A stretch of 64,000 nucleotides of DNA from Klebsormidium nitens (taxonomy: Eukaryota; Plantae; Klebsormidiophyceae): contig DF237385.1 of assembly GCA_000708835.1 (NCBI GenBank), positions 15,126 through 79,125 on the forward strand, read 5' to 3'. A model generated the notes under the pieces. It saw nothing but the letters and a program-made list of their open reading frames with translations, did no database searches and was not told the origin of the DNA. Shown piece by piece: positions 24,856 to 36,835 of the stretch. A program made the translations under genes and the position numbers. Within the stretch, counting starts at the first letter, position 1; each line of letters starts with the position of its first letter.

Positions 24856-27519
24856 CTGCGAGTCAGGTAGGTTGGGCGTCAGACTGGGCCGAGGGACTGC
24901 CAAGCTGTCAAACAGCCGGAAGGCGATGCAAAGTTGCTCAAAGTCCGAAGTCCAGTTTAATCTAGCAGCATGCACAGACACTCTTGAGGCCAGTGGTGAC
25001 GACTGCAGTTTCCCTACTTGGCTTAGCCTGAAGGCAGCTGCATGACTGGGCTAGCAACATACTTTAAGAGAGTTCCTGACAAGCACTTTAGGGCAACTAC
25101 CAGGCATACATGGTTCGAAGTTTTACCTTGAGCACCTTGGCTGGTTGGCTTTCCTTCCACAGCTCGTTGTGCTTCCTTTTGCAGAACTGCATTCAGAGAT
25201 GACCAAGACATCGAGTCAATGAAGGAGCTATGCAACCAATGACATCAGTCTCAGTTTCTTATGCAAGCTTCCACAAAATCATAGCCTGCACAAGAAGCAG
25301 TCTTCTGTTCTTCACTTGGCTGGATCGAGTTTTTTGTCAGCGCTGGTCGGCAGTTTCTAAAGCTTGCTTTCGCATGCTCAGATATCATTTCTATCATGCA
25401 ATGAAGCTTATCAATACAGGCAAATCATGGGCTCCCCCTCACCTGGACAATGTCGTACAACAGAATGAGCTTTCTTTCAGCGAAGCCTCTTGACAGAAAC
25501 TGTACACAACACAGACACAGAGGAAACATCAGCCGCCTTTGTCCTCCTCTTCATTCGGCAGGTTCACAATTACACCTGAATTACCCTTGCAACTATTTGA
25601 AGCCTAGCATAGTTCTGTACAAGGACAGAGCGGTAATCCAAAAAGATGAGAAAGACACCATGATTGCAGAACAAGCCTCAACTTTGGAGGGTAAGCCCTC
25701 CTGGTTGTGGCTTTATCAGGCTCCTGGTATACCTCAAGGTCGCGTTAGAATCATTTGTTAGTACCCCCTGTAACACCTGGCTGTGTCCGTGGACCTCTTA
25801 CCTGAGCGATAGTGAGGGTGGAGCGGTAAGCAAACTCGTCCCGCAGAATCTTGAAAACGCTTTCTACAAAACGCTGCAGAAGTTCATCCAAGTCAAATAA
25901 GTTCCCTCGACACTTGATGCTTGACACAATGGATGTATAACAGGTACGTCGAAGAACATTCAGTCCCCTTGTCGACTTTGTGCGTGACAGAACGGGTGTA
26001 CCACAATGAGCAATGGCAGGATGCATGATCAGTGGTAAGAGGTACGGATACTGAAAGGCAACGTCCACTGTTAACATTGGAAGTGGTGCTTCTTTTGGAA
26101 ATGGCCATTGGCTCGATACGAACAAGAGGGGCAGTCTTTTCACAAGGAGCTTACCAGATCACTCTTGGCATAGAGCTCATGGCCGAGACCAGACAGGTGC
26201 CTTGCAAGCAGTCTTGAGTACCCCAGGAAGCAATAGTGGAGCAGGGGAAGAAAGGCAGCTGGATTCCCGTCTCGTAGCCTGCATCAGACGAGGATTCTTT
26301 ATCATCCAGCACTTTGGCCAAAACGTCCTCAACTCCCCAGAACTCCTGGCATTGTAAACACCGAACAGCTTTAGTGGATTCCTGCCCTGACGCCATAAAG
26401 ATGCGTACATGCAACAGAGCCTACAATAGCTGGTATGTCAAGTGGACTTTGTAGAAGCAAGATTCCCTCAACGAATGTAAATTGTGTTTATCTACAATGA
26501 GTGTCGTTGTTTCAAAAAAGGAGGACATGATTAGACACATGTCCTGCATGTGTCAGAGCAATGTGGCCATCTCCAAAATCCACTGTGCAGAGCTTGCTTC
26601 TGGGAAAAGCAAATAAGGCAGACCGCTATGGATTTCAAGTCCATTCATTTCATCGCAGGGCCCGAAAAACACCCATCTCCAGTATAATGAGTTTGCCAGA
26701 GGGGCCCAACCACACCCAGTGGCCCTGTCGTTCTGTAACCAACTCAGCAGACTCCAAGCGTCTCACCCTTGCACGTCTATTTCTTCATTGTAGCGAACAG
26801 ATCGTAGTTCCAGACGGAGACGGTCGACATTGCCCTGCACATCCCCTGTTGCCATCCTCTGTCGTGTGGCTGGAATCTATCAAAAGGACAGCTACCAATC
26901 ACATGTGATTGACGCTATCTGCAAGTGGTCTTTTTGCTGCCTCACAAAAGCTCCCAAAAGCAGGGCCTATATGTGACTGGAGGCTATACGAGCAGTATGT
27001 GGTATCCTGATGCGCATTGCCATTCGTGAAGCGGCCGGCGAAATAGGGTCTCCTGACTAGAGAGAAGCGGGAGTTCCTCTGAGGCGCAGTGCTCTCAAAC
27101 TCAAAAGCCCCAAAAAGAACGTGCCGCAAAACCAGACGGACTTCCAGCGTCTCAACAGGGAAGAATACTCAGCAGCGCAAACTGAGGAAGCTGACGCTGA
27201 CTGCTAGCAAGCGTCCACCTAGCACCTCCAGAGCTGAAAGGAGGAGTCACATGGAGCCTTCGACCTGATTAACACTGAATTTTGAAGACTGATGGAGCAG
27301 ACGAGGGAGGAAACGCAGAGTGCTGCCACTGCAAAAGCCAAGCTTCGAACGGCTAGCTCTAGAGAAGTGCGTTGATCTCCCGAGTACTCAGGCTCCTTGC
27401 ACTGGCAGGATTTCAAATTTTCAAATTGAGCAGCTTGCCATTTACCGGCAGCTGCTGGGGCTTTGTGTGAAACCCACTCCTTACCAAGTACAGCCGTACC
27501 TGCGCAGGCCTACGTATTA

Positions 27520-27759
27520 GAGTATCGGCCCTAATATTCCGGAATTTTGCAATTCCGACGGGTAAAGCGAAAATCTTATTCCGGACAGATTCTGTAACAG
27601 ATTGCAGATTCAGAGTCAGTCGACACATGGTGTCCGAAATAGCGTTCGAACCATCCGGAATTGACACTGGTGCTCGGTAGACTGCTTTATCAGGTCCGAA
27701 ATAGGGTTTTTGCTTTATCCGTCCGGAATTATGAAATTCCGGAATTAGGGCCGACACTC
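27520..27759. mobile_element. MITE-like element (240 bp) with ~52 bp imperfect TIRs
   Basis: Left gagtatcggccctaatattccggaattttgcaattccgacgggtaaagcgaaaa matches the reverse complement of the right arm, gagtgtcggccctaattccggaatttcataattccggacggataaagcaaaa. No clear target-site duplication. Confidence 0.7.
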
Positions 27760-28124
27760 AGTCTTATAGGTACAGTGAACGCGCGGTTTCACACTCACGG
27801 GACAAGAAGACGGTACTCGTTCTGCCAGGCCTCAATTTAGCGCGAGCACTAAGTGTGTAGGCGCCTCTATACCTAGCCTAGCCTGGCTAGAGGCTAGAGC
27901 CTGAGGCTGAGGCATTCAGGGCCTTAGGCTTGGGCCCGGTTCAGAAGGAAGTCGTTCAATGCTTGCAATTTCGCATCTTCATCAGGGGCGCCCTTGTGGC
28001 GGGTAAAGCCGTTGGAGCCCGGTACTGGCCCCAACAGACATTGATATGGCGGCACCTTGGAAGCATATGAAGGGTTAGGTGGTCAATAGGCGAGGTTCGA
28101 GGCTGCTGCAATTTAAGGAGAGCG

Positions 28125-31100
28125 ATGAGTGGCTACGGGCACAGAGAAGGGCGTCTGCAATCCAAGGTGGTGACTGTGGATAACCGCGATAGGCGCCCGG
28201 ACAGCCCTCGAGGAGTGTCCAGGTACAGGTCCAGGAGCCCCCCCAGAAGAATAGTTGAGGATTACGATGGTCGGCAGCTTCCCGCTCCTCCTAATGGACG
28301 GACGTACGGATCGACTCAGGTCTATAAGGATGCAAGAGAGGGGGGGGACAGGTGGGAGGGAGAAGGTCCTGAGAAAAGGGAGGGGTACAGCAGACACGCA
28401 GCGCCTAGGGAAGAGAGTCGGAGCATTGGTGGGCGCGGCTCTCATTCGCTTTTGTTTGGTTCACCTCCGCTTTTCTTTCAGCTTTGCGACGGCATTATTT
28501 TGATCTTTCGTCAATGCAATGTTGAATGTTGAATGTTTGCACTCTCACATGTTGGTTGCTCAGGAGACGTGATTTCGAGGTTGGTCGATTAGTTTTGCAA
28601 AACAAGGAGGAGTATTCTTTCAATCGTAGGTTCTGCTGCAAATCAACAAGTTGAAGAGAATCTGATTGCCCATCCAGAAAAGATGTGATTGATTTCGAGT
28701 TTACCGTTGCTCAATTGGACCAGAAGCCCAGCAGTAGACGACCAAAAAGCAGCAACTCTCCCTGAGCTTACCGTCGCTCGATTGGATCAAAAGCCCAGCA
28801 GTAATCTGCACTCTGACTGCTATTGGGGGGCTGTAACTCTTTGCTTTGGGCCCTATCTAACTCAGCTATGAAGCAGGAGCAGGCAAACAAGCCCTGGGGC
28901 AACTTTGTTTTTTTGGCAGTTGGGTAATCCCGTCAAAAAGTTGTTTGAGAGCTTCCAAGTGGGGCCCCGGTGTCTATGAACAACAGGATTCTGTATGCAC
29001 TCTTGCCGGCTTAGGGTTATGCGGAAAGGCAGCAGCTTTGTAATCTTTCAGATGGTTTGTATGTCTGGGGTAGCTCATCGGGAGTTGCAATATTATCAAA
29101 GATACAAGACCAAAGATCACATGCGGAGGAGTATCTGGCTGAAGACCATGCCTTGTGCTCAATCTGGCCCAATCCTGAATGCAGGTCCCCTGGGAGACGA
29201 TGATACTGTGCTGATTTCAAACTTACCAGATGACATCACCGTCCGTGACATCATTGAAAGAATAGGAGAAGTGGGTAAAATAAAGGTGAGCCACTGCCAC
29301 ACCCACTCAAAACCATGCTTGCCAGAAGCAGTGTAGTCAATGATCAAGGTTCTGCTTGTCTCCGTTTCGTTTTAGAAGTCCAATCTTGTCCGGGGAAGTG
29401 CACTCCGGGAAGTGCACTGCCAGCTCGTTGTGTATCTATTGTTCGCACGGAAATTTTAGAAGTCAGTCAAAGATCAAGGGTCTGTCACAGACCTTTCAAA
29501 AAGCAGTGAGTTCTGTGACCCAACTCTGGGGTAAAGCAATGAAAGAGCCTGTATCAGGGTTTCTCTATTGGAACCTTCTTCCCCCAGCATTATCTGGCGT
29601 CATCAAAGAGTTTCTCTGCTTGCAGACTGGCAAGTCGGGCGCGCCTCTCGTGCGCATCTTCCAGAGCGATGCATCGGGGGGGATGGAGGCTGAGGTCATT
29701 CTGGACAGCGTCCGGGAGGCTGAAGGCGTCGTCCGATGGTTTGATGGTACGTGCTGTTTCTTCTTTTTAACTGCTGAACTTTTTCATATCAAACGTTGTT
29801 CTTTCGGACCCACATAGTTGCCAGGAAGAAGTGTGTAGAGAAAGCTTATCATCACGAAAGTTTCAAATCCGTTTCAAATCCGTTTACAGCTGTTGCCTGT
29901 TTGGCGTCAGCTTGCACAGAGAACGGGAGTTGCCGCATGGCGCCACACAGTCCTTTTCATCTATGCAGCCATGTGCTCTGCTCTTCAATCTAGTACTTGA
30001 TCATCCCAGTATGTTTTTATCGGCACCGCAAACAGTTGGCATTTCTAAGCGAATTCAACATCGAACTTGCTCTAAGTTGGGGAATGAGGAACTTCCGCAC
30101 GTCGTACATCTACATCGAACGATAGCTAGACCGCAAAATTAAAGCTTTGCCAAGGAGCTTGACTCCCGTTTCCACAGGCTACGAGCTCTTGGGCCGCAAA
30201 ATCCGGGTTTCGCGGCCGGCGTCAAGTCCACGACGGCCGTCACAACGAGGAGAGCCGTATCTTCCTCCCCCAGTCCCCGCTTGGGATTCGCCACCTCCCC
30301 CTGCCGCTCGGGGCAGGTCGCCGCCAGCCCCTGGTGAGTATCTTTTCACGAGTTCCGTCAGCTCGAACCCTTGTTTGTTTGATTTACGTAGAGGGCTGGC
30401 CAAGCTTGTTTCGGCAGTTGAAGGGGACCGTATGACACCCGCTGCTCGGGGCAGGTCGCCGCCAGCCCCTGGTGAGTGTAATCTTATCCCTATTCTATCT
30501 CGAATTCGAATATTATGTGTTTGACGTGGGTAGAGGGCTGGCCACGCTTGTCAGGTACGCAATTGAGGGGGAGCATATGCCACCCTCCAGAGATGGGACC
30601 TCATTTCTGTCGGTCGTTCAATCAAGAGAGACTTTGCTAGCCGCTTGCAAAGTGCGTTGGAATTGATGTTCGCTGGCTTTCGTATAACCGTTGCTGCTGT
30701 GGACATACATCAGCTTGTACCTCAAAAGAAAGGAGACTTGATATAGGCCACGACGGCGGACGAACTCTTGAACCAATTGGATCTGGAGATTCCCTGGCCT
30801 CTTTGGCCGGTGGTAGGCTTTGTAATGTCTACAGCTGGGCCGTATCTTTTAGGAGGGAGATTTTTAGCTCTCATTCGACACAAAAGTGAACTCCGCTTGG
30901 TCCTCGCCGCATGCTATCCGGTTGAGCTTGAATGTTCGGGTTCGAGTGTAAGCTGTCTTTCTTGAGTCATGGGTATACTTGTGCTACTGACTCCAGCTTG
31001 TGCCTTCTCTGCTATGAACAACTCCGGAGCAAAAAACACGGGTACATCAAATCGAAAGACTAACTAGCCGTTACAAAAGGCCACGCTTCCGTGTAAATCA

Positions 31101-32442
31101 TAAACAGTTCCGTAGAGTAACGCGAGGAGTTTCTTTATGCAGCCCCTCGGAGATACAGAGACGCTCCTCTGCCTCGCGACAGGGCACCCCCATTTGCTGC
31201 GGACCGCCCCATCCGACCGAACAGCATTCCCAACGTTGCGCCGAGGGAAGGGGACTGGATCTGCGCCAGCCCCGAGTGAGTAGCGCCCTTTGGTTTGTCG
31301 TACGATAGAGTGGACAGAAAGCTTGAGGAAGAACACGAAGAGAGAACAGGGATGGGTGGGATTATGAAGGGGGTTAGGGTGGGTGCGCGTACGCGTGGTG
31401 AGCGCATCAATATTGTAAGTAGATTTTTAGCCAGGCCGAGTGTTAGTTTGTTCGGCTCATTTTTCGTTGAGTTGAAACGATTTTTTGTTTCCCGGTCTTC
31501 TGCCCCGATCCCCTCGCTCCATTCAAGACTTATTGCGGGAGATTTTCTGGAGAGGCGTCTAATGCAGTCTTGATTCACGAACTCAGAAGACCGTTTCAGA
31601 AGGAAGGGACTCGGTCGACAACTTCCCGTCTTCGTGGTCCGTGTCTGATTACTTCTCAAAGTGCGCATGCAAACTTTGATCTTCTTTCTAAAACGATATT
31701 ACGATGAGGCTTTCATCAAGAACCAAGGACCATTGAAGACGTTTGCGCCTCGTCGAAAGGCTTCCATCAGTGGGTCTTGTCACATGCTGTGGCTAAAGAT
31801 CCCCTCTGTTTTGTGGTTGGACCGTTCCCACTTCCACCCACTCGGTTGATTCCATGCGGAAAGCGCCCGTATCGCCCTTCATGAAACCCTTTCACCCGTT
31901 TACAAATTTACCCCCCTTTCTTTCAGCGTCTCTGTTCGCAAAGGCGCTGATACTGTCGTCTGGCTCCGGATAGCCAGACTCGTACCTACATCATATCTAT
32001 TTTCTGATCATGACAACCCTTTCTCAGTTGCTGACTTCTCCCCCCGCTTGTTGCCAGCTGCGGCAATCTCAACTTTGCCCGTCGCACGACCTGCCACAAG
32101 TGCGACCGGCCGCGACCTTTCCCGGGCCCCGCCCCCCTTCTCGGACGGGGGATCCCCCCCGTCCGACCCTTCCTCGTCATGCCCGCGGGCGTCGGACGTG
32201 GTTTCGGCGCACCCCCCCCTTATCTGATGGGCTCTTTACCCCCCCCTGTGGGGCTTTCTCGGGGGCCCCCGTTTGCGTCCAGGGGAAGGTCGCCCCCGCC
32301 ACGGGATAGGGGGTATTCTAGCGATCGAGGGCATGAGGATAGATATCGAGTTGAAAGGGGGGTACGAGAGAGCAGTCCGCGGAGTCGTGTTGAGAGGGGG
32401 GGGAGGGATGAGCGGCGAGATCGGAGAGAGCGGCCTTATTGA
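28125..32442 (+). CDS. FET-family (TAF15/EWS-like) RNA-binding protein with RRM and RanBP2-type zinc finger, R/S/P-rich
   Basis: Exons 28125-28428, 29185-29285, 29626-29746, 30178-30333, (30418-30471), 31143-31275 and 32058-32442, phases consistent. RRM DTVLISNLPDDITVRDIIERIGEVGKIK..GYELLGRKIRVS; ZnF [31 protein letters not shown], as in plant TAF15. Confidence 0.88.
30302..30590 (+). repeat. Tandem duplication (~138 bp period) spanning an exon end, donor site and intron start
   Basis: gctcggggcaggtcgccgccagcccctggtgagt occurs at ~30306 and ~30444; gtagagggctggcca occurs at ~30388 and ~30530. Confidence 0.85.
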
Positions 32443-35400
32443 AGAACGTGCGTTGAGGAGGTGGGAGCTGTAAAAGCGACTTGGGGAACTACGTCGAAGG
32501 TGCTTAGAAGCAAGGTGTCCGTGTTTGGTATGCGTTATGAATCGCAGGTTCGTTTGCTAAAGGGAGACGAGTGTCGTTTCAACACAAGTCGAGAATGCTT
32601 TTCGACAGTCCGTGAAGTTATGAAAGCCATGCGCAACGCAAGTGCATGATGGTGTGCTTCGAACAAATGGCAATGGTCGGACAACGGTTGGCTTGCGGCC
32701 CACTTGTTGAACAACGAAATATTGATAATGCAGAGTAGAGTATGTCCGTGTTTGGAACGCCTAAATTGGTTGGCAAATCAGTCCAGACTAAATTCATTTC
32801 ATTAGCCTGTCTCAACAATTGTTGTCGATGAAATAAGGGTCGTTACTACATATGGTGTACGGGTCGATGATTGTTTTGGCAGTTTACGGTTCCGTTCTGA
32901 AAATTACGCAAGTCTGAATCATTGGAGCGGTGGACTTGGAAGCTCAGACCAACTACTCACGTGAAGCATGCGAAAGACAGGGCACGTTCTGGCGAGACTG
33001 CAGTTGGGTTGACGTGGACTGCATGAAGAAGTTCGCGGAGAGCACCATGAAATGTGCAATGATTGACAACGGGTCTCGCAAGATTTCCAATGACTAGCTA
33101 GGCAGGTTAATCATGAGAGGAACTCAAAAAGACAAAGACGAGTATCATGTCGACCGGCTAATTTAGATCTATACCTGAGATCGAATCATGCATGGGATCT
33201 GCAATCGACCTTCAAAATTAGTTGCTAGAGCTTGCCTCCATGTATTGGCATGCGGACGCATGAAGATCATCCCATACATACCAAGCCCGGGCGATCCCGT
33301 CACATACAAGCGCATGGCTGGCAACCTGACTAGCCGCACGTGCATGCGCACATGCCAGGTCTGATCTATTGGACGATCTCATGAGCTGATACAGTTTGAG
33401 AGCATATTCGATGTCCATCTGTGCGGGTACCGTACAATCGATGACCATCTATGCAAGTATACCGTACAAATGGCCGCAGTTCTATTCCTTGGTCTGAAAG
33501 CTCAATATAACAGTTGCATAATACTGGCCGGCATTATCGTCTGAAAAGCGCAACTTTTCCATGTATCTGTTGACTGTTATTATTTGATTGCCTTGTCTGG
33601 GTCGAGCTGGATCAAGCGACCCCCCAATGGATACAAACAAGCCTAAGAAAGCTTCGCTATAAAGTCAAGCTCTGCCTGGCTCTATCACTTCTGTACTTTC
33701 CACCAACGGATGCGTGCAGATGCACGTGACTACAGGTTACTAGATCTTACGCTCAATTATATCATCTTTACCACTACCGGGTACTCCGCCCGCTTCACTT
33801 GGCTAGATAGACTTGTCAGGGGCAAAAGGCCAATGCCATGAAAGACCCCTTTGAAACATCGCTGGCGCTTACAATACATTTGACATCAAATTGGTTGCTA
33901 CCGGATTATCCATTTGCTCTTTATACATACTCTACACTGATGGTAAGCAAAGGATATCCTGCTGGCCCCTCCGGCGCACAATCAGATGCTATACGCTATG
34001 CAATACTTCAATTCATGGCCTGCACAAGGAAGCAGCAGATGACTCAGTCCAGCACAAAGCAGAGGGCTCAAATAACAAGATTCAGGACGAAATGGAGGTC
34101 TGAAAACAAAACAGCTGCTTGGACTTACGAATAATGTTCCCACTTATGTACTTCAGCTTGATTACAGACTATCAGAGGCTTAGCGAGCGGTCAGCTGATT
34201 TCAGACATGTTTATCACATAGTAAAAGGAGATGAACCACAACACATTGAAGATAGATTCTCTCTTTAACGTGGCACATAAGCCACACATAACAAAATTCT
34301 TCACATGAGAATACATCTCAGGCAATAAGAATCCTTTGCAAATAACAATCCTTTGCACTTATGGACGATTAATCAGAGTGAACATAACCCCACTGCGCTT
34401 GACATTGAGACCCTCGATTCTCACCGCTACTCCGATCTCAGACGCCTTGTCTCGCGCCTCGCCGCATCCATCTCGCTCCGCATCCGGACCGTTTCTTCCT
34501 CCAGCTCCGGACTGTTCTTCAGGTCCAAGATGAGAACTCTCCTGTGCCCTTCGTTGGCCCAAACCCGGAATGCCTGGATTATGAAGCTCAAGATCAGGAC
34601 TGTGGCTAGCGCACCAGTGAAGTCTGGCATTGTTCAACGAGCGCCCTGTGTGAGTGTTCATATGGTATCTGAGCCAACTTCGCTCTCAGTGGACCTGTTA
34701 CGCCGGCCGCTGCCGCTGCCGCTGCCTACATGGGACCCAAGGGCAGCCTACTGCATCTTGCTTGAAGTCTTATCATTGCTTCAGGTGCTTCGAGCTGTCA
34801 GGTTGTACTCGGCTGTTTTGGAGGTTTCTCTCCTGATTCCCCAGCTCAGAATGTTGCAAAATTGAAGGGTCGCCGACTGTCGCTACCCTGCATACTCCCT
34901 CACATCGTTTTCTGCTGGAGGGAGGCAATGTGGCTCCTGAGCTTGTTCTCTCTGAAGCTCGACCAGCCAGTCTTGAACCTGCGCTCTGTTGACTCCACAA
35001 ATCAAGCGGTACCGCAGATTCAACCCCGGTCCACACCCACTGCTGCTTGCTTGAGACAAGCTTTTCAGCTCTGGTTCATGCCGAGCCAACCCAGAGCTCT
35101 GTCCTACATTGGAGTTCATGCTGGTCCCATCCTACACAGTAACCGGTGGCCCTGATCAACTCAAATGCTGGCGCCTTGAAGAAGTCTGCGAAGGAGGGGC
35201 ACGGCTGCTTCACTGATTCCTTCAAGTAGGACGACCAAAGAGATTTGGAAGCCGAATCAGTATGGAGCTGGGCGCTTTGGAGCAGAGCCAAAAGCTGTAG
35301 GTCCTAAGCGCCAGCCAATCTGCTCTGTCCTGAATTGAACCGCTGCCGCCCCTGCTGCGCACAAAAGCCAAGAGCCCGTTTCTACTGCCCGTCTCGATTT

Positions 35401-36835
35401 GTGACACCCCGGTTAGCCCAGTCCCGAGCGATAAAGAAGGATGTGTTGCGCCCTTGATGTCAGCCCGGTATATAAATAATGGCACACCGTGCGCTTTGTC
35501 CTGCATGCAGAATCGGATAATTAGAAGAGGTCTGGCTCGCCTGCTTGGTTGCCTCCCTTATTGACGTACATGTTCCAAAATGGTAAGGCATTTTTCTTCG
35601 TGATCCTATTGGTCGAAACCCTTACGGGGTTGACCGCGTTGACCGAGATCGAGACTTGAGCGACTAACCCCCCGAGTAACCCCAGCAGATTCCCTGCTGC
35701 GAGAACAAGAAATCCTTAACCCTATACTCAACCCTTCATCGAAAATTTTCCAAGGGGGAGGACATTCTAGTTTTTCTGGACATGCGCGCGGGCGCGCAAC
35801 GCGCGCGCACGGTCAGAGCTGTCTAACAGGTACTGGTGCCTATTCTGCTGGTTGATTGATCTCTTTAGGTAAGCGCCCACACTCTACCCATCCGGAAAGC
35901 ATCTAGTTGGCTTGTTAACTTTGAAAACCTCCTCCGCTTCCCGTGAATCGAATTCATTGGAAATTGTCGGTGAAGGGTCTAACTTTTATTATAGCAGCAA
36001 ATTGATCTGACAGAGCTCCATTCGTCTGTCTAACTCGAAGGGTCGTTCGAATCATTCAGCTTCCGAAAAGACGTTGTACGGGCGTTCTTGTATTATCCTG
36101 TTAGGGAGACTTCGTAGTAGCTCGCACTCGAGCACACTCGAAGGGACGGTTCAAGGGGGGTTCAAGGTGCTCGGCAACAACCTTAATGCTTTAATGCTGG
36201 CTGTCTAAGCTGCCCAATAAGCCCAGCATTGGGATGCCGAGTCTCAATAAGACGAGGATGTTTGCTGCAGTTGAAATCTCTCGACTTTTAATGACCAATG
36301 AATGTGCTTGCGGAATCAACAAGTGTCGGCGAATAGATGCAAGGCTTTGACAATTCTAACAATCCATGATGTCAGGGCCGTACTACGTTACAGCTGCAAG
36401 AGTATCATTTGAAAAGCTACAAATGCGATTACGGATAGCTGTCGATCCTTACTTAGTATTTAAGGATCATATGATTCAGGAGAGATTTAACGACGAGGAC
36501 TGGTGCTGCTGGCGTCCCTCTTTGCCAAAGCTTCGTTGCCACTAGCTCCGGTACTATTTGCAGCATGACGGCACAAAACAGGAGCGTTACTCATGTGATT
36601 GTTGTCAATCTCCGCGCCCTACTGGAAAGGACTTTCTTTATCTCAAGGTGCTAGCTTCGAGTGGAAGGACTTGATCTTGGAGGCTTACGTAGAGGATCTT
36701 CGAACCGCATATTAGATAACCGCTCCTTCTTTGCAACGACTCGTTTGAATGGACGCGCGCTGAAAATTGCAGTGCTTGCAGTTTTACTCGCTAGTCGCAG
36801 GCGTTTGCACTCGCGTTAAACATTGACAACCTATT

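Noticed and set aside
34359-35600. Possible minus-strand gene ending AFRVWANEGHRRVLILDLKNSPELEEETVRMRSEMDAARRETRRLRSE*
   Set aside because: The last exon is plausible, but the upstream exons could not be joined without stops and no family was recognised.
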